Below are positions 1-7,001 of a DNA stretch of 50,276 bases, in pieces (the first letter of the stretch is position 1; each line of letters begins with the position of its first letter). This DNA is from a virus. Lineage: Duplodnaviria; Caudoviricetes. Position numbers and translations under genes: made by a program. The stretch lies in IMG/VR virus record IMGVR_UViG_3300036786_000189, positions 1-50,276 of that record. One strand, written 5' to 3'. The notes under the pieces are model-generated. The model saw nothing but the letters and a program-made list of their open reading frames with translations. It made no database searches and was not told where the DNA came from.

Positions 1-669
1 TCAGAACAGCCGCCCCTGATCGAGTTCGCGGCGGATGCGTGTCTCTGCGGCGTTGAACCACCGCTCTTCAATCTCGATGCCGATGAAGTTGCGGTCGCAT
101 TGCAGGGCGGCCACGCCCGTTGTGCCGGAGCCCATGTAAGGGTCCAGCACGGTGTCATCGGGCTGCGTTACGCTCTCGATGATCCAGCGCATGACCTCGA
201 TGGGCTTCTGCGTCGGATGCCAGTGCTCGCCGCGCTCCGGCCCGCGGTTCGCGCCGCTCCAGAAATAGCGAATCATCCGCGCCGGGCCATCGATGGAACA
301 CCAGGCCAGCTCGCAATCGGAGAAGCACATGCTCTTCGCGCCGGCGCGCTTGTCCCATACGAACCAGGCGCGGGAATTGGGGAGCTTGCTGGCGAAATTG
401 TTGGCGCCGAACAGCACCACCGGCTCGACCCAGCCAAGCAGCGGACATGGATCGAACGGCTCGGCATCGCCAACGATGCCGCCGACATCTTTCCAGACCG
501 AGCCGGTCGGCGTCGACGGGTTGTAGCCGATCCCATAGGGCGGATCGGAGACGATCGCGTTGAACTTTCCGGCCAGCGCGGGCAACAGCACGATGCCGTT
601 GCCGAGCAGAAGCGTCGCGCGGCCGAGCGCGACAACCCGGCGCGCGCCGGGATACTCACAGACTGACAT
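1..669 (-). CDS. Beta-class N6-adenine/N4-cytosine DNA methyltransferase (222 aa)
   Basis: ATG 669 (MSVCEY). Motif IV DPPY precedes HPTQKP and motif I DPYMGSGTTG, the beta-class order. Confidence 0.92.
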   Translation of the reverse strand: MSVCEYPGARRVVALGRATLLLGNGIVLLPALAGKFNAIVSDPPYGIGYNPSTPTGSVWKDVGGIVGDAEPFDPCPLLGWVEPVVLFGANNFASKLPNSRAWFVWDKRAGAKSMCFSDCELAWCSIDGPARMIRYFWSGANRGPERGEHWHPTQKPIEVMRWIIESVTQPDDTVLDPYMGSGTTGVAALQCDRNFIGIEIEERWFNAAETRIRRELDQGRLF

Positions 670-795
670 GGGTTCGCCCTTCGACACCTGATGCGGGCCG
701 GTATGGCCTGCATGGACACGTCGCTGGGCGAGGTTCTCAGCCTCGCTTTCGCTGCTGATTCGACAGGCTGCCGCCCGCGCGCTTATCTTCGCGCC

Positions 796-1152
796 ATGGC
801 AGGAAGCCGATATTGGGATAAGCGCCCCTACGAGGGCGTCACGCTGGCGGACTGGCCGCGGCAGCGATGGATGTGGGCGAATTGCGGTTTGCCCTGTGGG
901 CGCTCCGTGGCGCTTCCGCTGGCCTATTTTCGCGCGAAGCTCGGCGACAGAGCGCCGGTCACCCGCATGCTCTCGAGCCTGCGCTGTTCGCGATGTGGCA
1001 AGCACCCGTCCGGTTTCACCGCGCCGTCCCGCGGCGCACTGGGCCAAGAGGCGGAATTGCCGCTCGCTAGCGTGCCGCGCGCGATTCGCGAGCAGCTATC
1101 ACTGCCCCCGCGGCTGCGTTTTCCCGAAAGCATGGGGAATTATTATACATGA
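796..1152 (+). CDS. Small putative Zn-binding protein (118 aa), C-terminus rewritten by the IS insertion
   Basis: CGLPC and CSRC pairs; last codons GNYYT* come from the IS terminal repeat. Confidence 0.6.
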   Translation: MAGSRYWDKRPYEGVTLADWPRQRWMWANCGLPCGRSVALPLAYFRAKLGDRAPVTRMLSSLRCSRCGKHPSGFTAPSRGALGQEAELPLASVPRAIREQLSLPPRLRFPESMGNYYT

Positions 1153-1284
1153 GTCCCTTGCGCCATGATTAGCGCGCCCGCTTCCGTTTCGCAGCCTCGC
1201 GGGCGCGGTCTTGGGCTTTGGCCGATAGGACAAAACCTTGTCGGCGATCGCATCTAGTTCCTTCGGGACGGCTGGCGCGGTCAA
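1099..1284 (-). CDS. Small basic ORF coupled downstream of the transposase (reads out through the IR)
   Basis: Start overlaps the transposase stop; PKELDAIADKVLSYRPKPK resembles short ORFs I recall after IS1595 transposases. Confidence 0.4.
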   Translation of the reverse strand: MTAPAVPKELDAIADKVLSYRPKPKTAPARLRNGSGRANHGARDSCIIIPHAFGKTQPRGQ

Positions 1285-2198
1285 TGGATCAGCCTCTTGT
1301 AGGTGAGCCGCTTCCCCTTCGTGCCAGCCACGAAGCTTTCGAGGCGGTCGAGCGTGTGGTTTTTCACGTCGCCATCGTTGAGGCGGAAGGCGAACTCATC
1401 GACGTAGCGGCTCAGGTGCTTCTTGCTGGCGTGGTGGTAGACGCCGATCAGGCCGCGCTTGAGAACCGCGAACACGCTCTCGACATTATTGGTCGATACG
1501 CCGTCGCGGACATACTCGCCCGCCGTGTGGTTGACTGTCTCGTGGCCGAAGAAAAGGCCACCGATGCCCTTGTAGGCGCTGGCGTCATCGGTGTGGATCA
1601 TCGAACCGACTTCGACGTGGCGATGGATGGCCGTGTGCAGCGTGGCGGCGTCGGAATCCTCAATCGTCATGGCGACGGTACGCCCGCCCTGTTCACGCAT
1701 CGCCAGCACGCCCGCTTTGCCGACAGCGCCGCGACCGGCCTTTAGCTTCTTGTATTCGTGCTTGTTCTTTTCGAGGCCACCCACATAGGTCTCATCAACC
1801 GCAACGATGCCTTGAAGCTTGATCAGGTCATCGCCGCAGGCTTCGCGAAGACGGTGCAGAACGAACCACGCCGATTTTTGCGTGATTCCGATCTCTTTCG
1901 CCAACTGCATGGATGATATGCCTTTCCGGGCCGTCACCAGCAGATACATCGCGTAGAGCCACTTGTGCAGCGGGACGTGGCTGCGCTTGAAGATGGTGCC
2001 GGTCCTGACTGTGAAATCTTCTTTGCACTGGTTGCAGCGATAGAAGCCGCCAGCGCGGGCCGTGATCCGCTCACCCAGCCCGCAACACGGGCAACGCGGA
2101 CCTTCCGGCCAGAGACGGCCTTCAAGGTATTTCCGCGCCGCGTCTTGATCGGGGAAAAGTTTGAACAGTCCAAAGGTCGATATGGTGCTTTTGCTCAC
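1281..2198 (-). CDS. IS1595-family (ISXO2-like) DDE transposase (305 aa)
   Basis: N-terminal Zn ribbon CPCC...CNQC, HTH-like SSMQLAKEIGITQKSAW, catalytic DETY, TDD and NNVES motifs, YVDEFAFRLN. Confidence 0.95.
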   Translation of the reverse strand: MSKSTISTFGLFKLFPDQDAARKYLEGRLWPEGPRCPCCGLGERITARAGGFYRCNQCKEDFTVRTGTIFKRSHVPLHKWLYAMYLLVTARKGISSMQLAKEIGITQKSAWFVLHRLREACGDDLIKLQGIVAVDETYVGGLEKNKHEYKKLKAGRGAVGKAGVLAMREQGGRTVAMTIEDSDAATLHTAIHRHVEVGSMIHTDDASAYKGIGGLFFGHETVNHTAGEYVRDGVSTNNVESVFAVLKRGLIGVYHHASKKHLSRYVDEFAFRLNDGDVKNHTLDRLESFVAGTKGKRLTYKRLIH

Positions 2199-2581
2199 GC
2201 AACGCGCTCCACGGCCTGCGCCAAAAGCTTGCCGCCGACGCGGCGGTCAGGCTCCTTGTCGATCCACTCCACCCGCGATAGCGCGCCCTTTTCGATGATG
2301 GCGTAGAAACGGGGCTTGGTCAGATGAGCGATGGCCTTCTGACCCTTGTCCGTCTTACCGACAAGCCAATGAACGGTCTCGCCAGCACGCGACGAAAGCC
2401 ATTCCATGATATCGTCGGGTGCCTCGCGCTTCTCGCTGGCATAGCGCCGGACGGTCGTATCGGCGTAGTCCCCGCTCAGAAGCCCCGCCGCGACCAACGC
2501 GCGGGCGAGCGGGCGCTGCCATTCCTCGCCACCCCATGCCTCACCAAGCTCGCGAAACTTCACTGCTCGTGCACTGCTCAT
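2195..2581 (-). CDS. IS passenger, putative HTH DNA-binding protein (128 aa)
   Basis: WQRPLARAL...DTTVRRYAS HTH-like pattern; 4-nt overlaps with both neighbours. Confidence 0.7.
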   Translation of the reverse strand: MSSARAVKFRELGEAWGGEEWQRPLARALVAAGLLSGDYADTTVRRYASEKREAPDDIMEWLSSRAGETVHWLVGKTDKGQKAIAHLTKPRFYAIIEKGALSRVEWIDKEPDRRVGGKLLAQAVERVA

Positions 2582-3225
2582 GACTTACCCCCAATGAGTT
2601 GACCCTTCATCTGGGAGATTTCGGTTGGCGTCAGGCCTTCAACGCCAACGCGCAACGCGAAGTCCGCCGCCACTTCCCAGTCCTTCATTTGCGCTTTCGA
2701 GCCAAACTTTTTGCTCCCCGAAAGCCGCACCGCCGCCAAAGCCTCAAGGAGTTCTTCGTCGGCCTTGATGATTTTCCGCGCCCGGCGCATGCGGACAATA
2801 CCGTCTTCGAACGTGCCAGCGCCGTCCTTGGCGAGCTGCACAAATTCGGCGCGCTCCTTAATCTCGGCACTGTTGTTGGGAGCGGCGAACAAGGCGACCG
2901 CGTCAACCTCTACCGCCGTCCCGGTGCCTTCCAGCACCGCCACGATGGACTGAAAGGTGCATTTGGCAAGCCCGCGCTCGGCGAGCGCGATCTCAGCCAG
3001 GTTAAGGCCGATGTCATAAAGGTTGCTGCCGAGGCCCGAAATTCCGGCGAACACAATGTGGTTGGGGCCGAAGGGGCAGTAGAGCTTGGCATCCCAAGCG
3101 CCAGCGCGGGGGCCTTCGAAGATGTAGAGCTTATCCTGGCTCTCAAGGGGGCCGCCGTTGATGTAGACCCGCGTCTCCCCACTTTTGGGGTGCTTCCAGA
3201 CTGCAAGCTTGTAAGATTGTTCCAT
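2578..3225 (-). CDS. IS passenger, hypothetical protein (215 aa)
   Basis: GGAGG RBS; ATGA overlap with next gene; no recognisable family. Confidence 0.75.
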   Translation of the reverse strand: MEQSYKLAVWKHPKSGETRVYINGGPLESQDKLYIFEGPRAGAWDAKLYCPFGPNHIVFAGISGLGSNLYDIGLNLAEIALAERGLAKCTFQSIVAVLEGTGTAVEVDAVALFAAPNNSAEIKERAEFVQLAKDGAGTFEDGIVRMRRARKIIKADEELLEALAAVRLSGSKKFGSKAQMKDWEVAADFALRVGVEGLTPTEISQMKGQLIGGKS

Positions 3226-3282
3226 CTGACTGGGCCTCCTTGCCCTCGCTCAGGGGAGCCGCGCTCGCCCTTTGGTGTTCCT

Positions 3283-3311
3283 TATATAGGCCCAGCAGAC
3301 GAGGGAGTCAA
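3283..3311 (-). promoter_or_regulatory. Sigma70-type promoter for the IS passenger-transposase operon
   Basis: TTGACT (3311-3306, inside the IR), 17-nt spacer, TATATA (3288-3283). Confidence 0.65.
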
Positions 3312-3498
3312 GTATATAATCCCCAAAGCATGGCGCCCCACCCATGAAATGATTGCTTTTGTTTCGCGGGCTGCACATCCGGCGACGGTTGGCGACAACC
3401 ATCCACAAGTTTTGCGACACCGCCCTGTTAGCAGACTGGTGGCGCTCTCCGGCCGGGATTGATCCGTCTCCCGATCTTTGCGCGAATACGTCCGGAGC

Positions 3499-3632
3499 CT
3501 GAGAACTCCTGATGTAGGCCGACAGCCCGAACTAGGGCGATCGGTGATCGCCCTAGGGCGGGAGTGCGCGAATAGAACACCCGCAAGGGGAATAAGCGCG
3601 CGTGACCTACATCACGTTCTCAGCTACCCGCC
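3499..3632 (+). ncRNA. c4/P4-CI-like antisense RNA structure with upstream target
   Basis: GGCGGG (3557-3562) pairs CCCGCC (3627-3632); CCC-GCAA-GGG tetraloop hairpin (3580-3589); CCTACATCA (3606-3614) and GTTCTCAG (3616-3623) are complementary to upstream TGATGTAGG and CTGAGAAC (3499-3518); perfect 11-bp hairpin 3532-3556. Confidence 0.65.
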
Positions 3633-3682
3633 GCCAGGCGCGCGGTCTGGAGCATCGTGTCGAAAGAACGTGGGGCGCAAGA

Positions 3683-3886
3683 ATGTCGAAGAGCAATTCG
3701 AAGCGGACGGCCAAAACAGCCGCCGCCGATCGTAGGCAGATTGCCTCAACCCTGAGCCAGATCCACGGCGCCATCGTCTGCGCGCTCGCGGCAGGCGGCC
3801 AAAATGTGCCGGACGCGGTCGCGGCGGCGCTTTGGGGAGCAGCGCGGCTAGCAAGCAACGAACTCGCAACCCTGCAGCGCTCGTGA
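3683..3886 (+). CDS. Hypothetical protein (67 aa) downstream of the c4-like RNA
   Basis: ATG 3683; basic N-terminus and helical C-terminus; occupies the slot of c4-regulated genes. Confidence 0.45.
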   Translation: MSKSNSKRTAKTAAADRRQIASTLSQIHGAIVCALAAGGQNVPDAVAAALWGAARLASNELATLQRS

Positions 3887-3986
3887 ACTTCGAGACAGAT
3901 TAACTGTTGATAGCGTCGGGCGCGACCATCGCAAGTCGCATCCAAAAGTGGAACTATTAGTCCCTGTCGACGGGGCGCGGAGGTCC

Positions 3987-4388
3987 ATGATGTGCGGAGG
4001 AAAAAAGGCGGCCACACTATCCCTACTCACCTTGTTGTTCGCGGGGTGCGAAACCACCGCCCAGCTACAAGACCACGCTCCCGACAGGGTTAGCGTCTTT
4101 CACACCGACGCGGACAGGATGAGCAATTGCCTCCTTCGCGACCTGTCCGCGCGCCTCAGAACCTTTGCCCTAACGCGCACCGCGGACAACGCTGGCGTCA
4201 CGATTTCGGCGGAACTGACCGACCTCAGCTTCGACAACGATTCCATCGTCCAGTTCTCCCTTCGGATCGCACCGGCCATGCCGAACGAAGCTCGAGTTGC
4301 GCTCTGGTCGCGGCACTCGCTGATGGGAAGCCCGCTCTACGCGGACACGATCTGGCCCGTCGTCGTGCAGTGCGAACGCGCGGCTTAG
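3987..4388 (+). CDS. Putative lipoprotein (133 aa), moron-like
   Basis: GGAGG RBS; KK plus hydrophobic stretch plus lipobox LFAG-C; opposite strand to the late operon. Confidence 0.7.
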   Translation: MMCGGKKAATLSLLTLLFAGCETTAQLQDHAPDRVSVFHTDADRMSNCLLRDLSARLRTFALTRTADNAGVTISAELTDLSFDNDSIVQFSLRIAPAMPNEARVALWSRHSLMGSPLYADTIWPVVVQCERAA

Positions 4389-4403
4389 AAGGCCACCGAA
4401 GCG

Positions 4404-4763
4404 TTAGCGCGCGAGCCCGAACAGCTTTGCGAAGCTGACGACGTCGTCCCAGGGGATGATGGACTTGCAGATCAGATAGAGAATCAACCCGACCAGCAGG
4501 CTGAACGTGCGGCTGTTTCGGTTCGCGCTGCGCTCGTCCAGCAGATCGAGGCGCACCGTCACCAGCTCGTAGCTAAGGCGATTGAGGACGTTGCGCCTCC
4601 GGCACACCAGCGAATGGACGTGTGTGTCGGTCGATTCCTCGGGGTCTTCCAGCGCGGGATCGGCCTTGAGGGTGTCGTGAAGCCGGCGCTTGTCGGCGAG
4701 CTCGCCGGACAGTTCCTGCTCGCGCTGACTGGCCCGGCCGAGAAGCGTGTCGATCAAGTTCAT
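4404..4763 (-). CDS. Hypothetical protein with C-terminal TM helix (lysis region)
   Basis: Coiled-coil-like N-terminus; TM FSLLVGLILYLICKSII. Confidence 0.6.
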   Translation of the reverse strand: MNLIDTLLGRASQREQELSGELADKRRLHDTLKADPALEDPEESTDTHVHSLVCRRRNVLNRLSYELVTVRLDLLDERSANRNSRTFSLLVGLILYLICKSIIPWDDVVSFAKLFGLAR

Positions 4764-4829
4764 GGCACCCCCAAATCTCAAAACGGCGATGTGGGCGCGG
4801 CGCCGTATCGCGCCGCGCCCCCTTCGCCT

Positions 4830-5432
4830 TCACCACGCCTGGATCATGGCGTCGTTCTCTTTCAGCGCGGCGACCAGGTTTGCCAGGTCGTCGGCCGTCG
4901 GCTCGCCCTTGGCCTGGGCGGCCTGGAGCTGGATGTAGACCGAGAGGGCGACCGCCACGCCGCCCGTCACGAGCTGCACCGTCTGCGTCTGGCCGCTCAC
5001 GCTCTTCGTCGAGGCGGCGGCGAGGTCCGCAGTGACCGTCTGATAGGCGGCGATATTGTCGCCAATCTTGGCCAGCGCCTCCGCGATAGCGGCGGGATCG
5101 CCTTTCGCCGCCTTGATCGCGGTGAGCCCATCGTCGAAGGCCTGGACGAGCCCCGCGTCGGCCGCCTTGATCTTGCCCTTGTTCTGCGTGCAGAGCGCGG
5201 GCGCATTGGCGGCGATGCACACGCCGATGACGCCGCGCTGCGCGCCGGAGAACACGATGGCCGACGTCTGGAACGCCTTGCCGGGCGTCACAGCCGGCGT
5301 CGCAGTCGTCGGCACCGTGGCGATAGTCGTCGGCGGCGCGGTGGAGGCCCCGCCAAGGATGCCGGTGATGCTGCCGCAGCCGGACAGCGCGAAGGCGATT
5401 GCCGCAGCCGCGGCGATTTTAAGGATGTTCAT
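4830..5432 (-). CDS. Lipoprotein (200 aa), possible spanin-like
   Basis: AGGAG RBS; lipobox LSG-C; Ala-rich helical body; next to the holin-like gene. Confidence 0.75.
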   Translation of the reverse strand: MNILKIAAAAAIAFALSGCGSITGILGGASTAPPTTIATVPTTATPAVTPGKAFQTSAIVFSGAQRGVIGVCIAANAPALCTQNKGKIKAADAGLVQAFDDGLTAIKAAKGDPAAIAEALAKIGDNIAAYQTVTADLAAASTKSVSGQTQTVQLVTGGVAVALSVYIQLQAAQAKGEPTADDLANLVAALKENDAMIQAW

Positions 5433-5469
5433 TTATGACTCCTAGTTGAGGTTGCGAAACGCCCTCGGC

Positions 5470-5961
5470 CTATTTCGTCTGAAGTTCGGCCGCGAGTTTG
5501 TTGAAGCTGGTTTGAGACGCGCCGGCGTCGAGCGGCAGGCGCGCCCAGATCTTCTGTGCGATGCCCTGCGAGCCGCCGAGCCAGGCGACCAGCCATGCCT
5601 CGTGATCGAGGACGTATTGCAGCGCCTGCGCGGTCACCGCGCTCCCGACGCCGACGTTGAGCTTTTGGCCCGCGACGGCGCCCTCGACGGTGTTGAGGCC
5701 CCAGCCGATGGCGTTGGCGAGAAGCTGCTCGGCGTGCGCCGAGACCAGCATGGTCAGGATTTGCGGGGGCAGCTTGCGCGCGAGCCACATCAGTAGCGCG
5801 AAGGCGAGCAGCGCGACCACCTGCGCGATCTGCACGGCGTAGTCGCCCCACGCAACGGTGACGGTGGTGGGCGACGCAACGGCGGCGAGCGCCGCCTGCG
5901 GAAGAAGAGCAAAGACAACAACCGCGCAAAGCGTCGCGCGGCCCAAGTTGAGCTTGAGCAT
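5470..5961 (-). CDS. Putative holin-like membrane protein (163 aa)
   Basis: GGAG RBS; signal/TM plus a second TM, then a soluble helical domain (AQALQYVLDH) reminiscent of LL-H-type holins. Confidence 0.6.
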   Translation of the reverse strand: MLKLNLGRATLCAVVVFALLPQAALAAVASPTTVTVAWGDYAVQIAQVVALLAFALLMWLARKLPPQILTMLVSAHAEQLLANAIGWGLNTVEGAVAGQKLNVGVGSAVTAQALQYVLDHEAWLVAWLGGSQGIAQKIWARLPLDAGASQTSFNKLAAELQTK

Positions 5962-6009
5962 TGATGGTCTCCGGAGGTGTGAAGCCACGAGGTCCCGCGT
6001 GGCGCGGGT

Positions 6010-6192
6010 TTAGTCGCGCGCCGGCGAACCATCCCCAGAGGGAAGGCTGTCCGAGGCGAGATATATGAAGGTGACGGCCTCTATGCGGCCCGGGCCAGAC
6101 GGCTTCGCACGCGCCGCCGCTGCCGCCAGATCGTCGAGCCAGCGCAGGTCGATCGCTGCACCAAGCACCGCATGGCCCTTGCGAGACCGCAT
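6010..6192 (-). CDS. Hypothetical protein (60 aa)
   Basis: ATG 6192 overlaps the upstream TGA (TGATG coupling). Confidence 0.35.
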   Translation of the reverse strand: MRSRKGHAVLGAAIDLRWLDDLAAAAARAKPSGPGRIEAVTFIYLASDSLPSGDGSPARD

Positions 6193-7001
6193 CACGTCAG
6201 CGTTCCGCCGCGCGTGGTCGTCTGCATGCGCTTCTGGCGGTACACCGATGCCATTTCGCCCGTGGTGAGACGCTGGTTGATGATGGTCGCCCAGACCACG
6301 CGGGGCATATAGTTGAAATAGGTCGCGACGTTCCAAGACGCGTTGCCGAGCGCAATCGGCTGCGCGCTTGTATTCGGCAACAGCACCGCAGGCTTCGCGG
6401 TTTTCAAGCCCTCGCCGCGGCCCCCAACGAACGCTTCCCAGCCACTCGCGTCATAGGTCAGGCCGAAGAAGAACAAATCTCCGGCCACGAGCCGCGCAGG
6501 GGCATTTAGAAGCTGAGAATTCGGTCGCACGCCGACGCCGGAGACCGGGTCTGCCGCGATAACATTTGCGTACAAGCCGGCCGGCAAAGAACCGTTGCCT
6601 CCGTAAATCATGGAGAAGTGGCCGCCTGCTGCTTGGCTGGAGAGCTGCGTACCCTCCAGCCATGCCCCAAATTCGGGGGCAGGAACATTATAGGCCGCGA
6701 TCAACATCACGGTCTGGCCGAGCTGTTCCACGGTCGCGGACTTGAACCCAAACCGGCCGGCCACCGCCGGCGTGGCTGAGATCGCATCGAAGGTCGGCGT
6801 GCCGCCGCCAGGAATAAGCGTCATCGCGCCGTTGAGGCCCACGAAGCTTGCCGACGAGACGCCCAAATTCCATTCGTCGACGGTGTTCGGCAACAGCTTG
6901 GCGGGATAGACCAGCGATGCATCGGAGAACGGTATGGGATTGCCGCCCGATCCCACGCGAACAGGCAGTGACTTGGTGAGCAGCGATTTGATGTAGGTCA
7001 T
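6192..7001 (-). CDS. Tail accessory protein, possible LamG/concanavalin-like beta-sandwich (269 aa)
   Basis: TAATG coupling to the tailspike; FFFGLTYD, IALGN and WATIINQRLTTGEM resemble LamG-like motifs. Confidence 0.65.
   Translation of the reverse strand: MTYIKSLLTKSLPVRVGSGGNPIPFSDASLVYPAKLLPNTVDEWNLGVSSASFVGLNGAMTLIPGGGTPTFDAISATPAVAGRFGFKSATVEQLGQTVMLIAAYNVPAPEFGAWLEGTQLSSQAAGGHFSMIYGGNGSLPAGLYANVIAADPVSGVGVRPNSQLLNAPARLVAGDLFFFGLTYDASGWEAFVGGRGEGLKTAKPAVLLPNTSAQPIALGNASWNVATYFNYMPRVVWATIINQRLTTGEMASVYRQKRMQTTTRGGTLT

Larger units (their letters stand above)
1135..3324 (-). mobile_element. IS1595-family insertion sequence with passenger genes (2190 bp)
   Basis: Imperfect terminal IRs 1135-1158 (GGGAATTATTATACATGAGTCCCT) and 3302-3324 (rc GGGGATTATATACTTGACTCCCT); identical 8-bp TSD AAAGCATG at 1127-1134 and 3325-3332; encloses a DDE transposase. 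Confidence 0.93.

Noticed and set aside
747-761. Possible alphaproteobacterial LexA box (GTTC-N7-GTTC) upstream of the Zn protein
   Set aside because: TTTC-N7-ATTC mismatches in both halves; too weak to call
670-1047. N-terminal extension of the left-end MTase ORF to 348 aa
   Set aside because: Overlaps the plus-strand Zn protein; the MTase fold begins at ATG 669
4793-4820. 11-bp GC hairpin between lysis-region genes as a terminator
   Set aside because: No U-tract on the coding strand; may only stabilise mRNA
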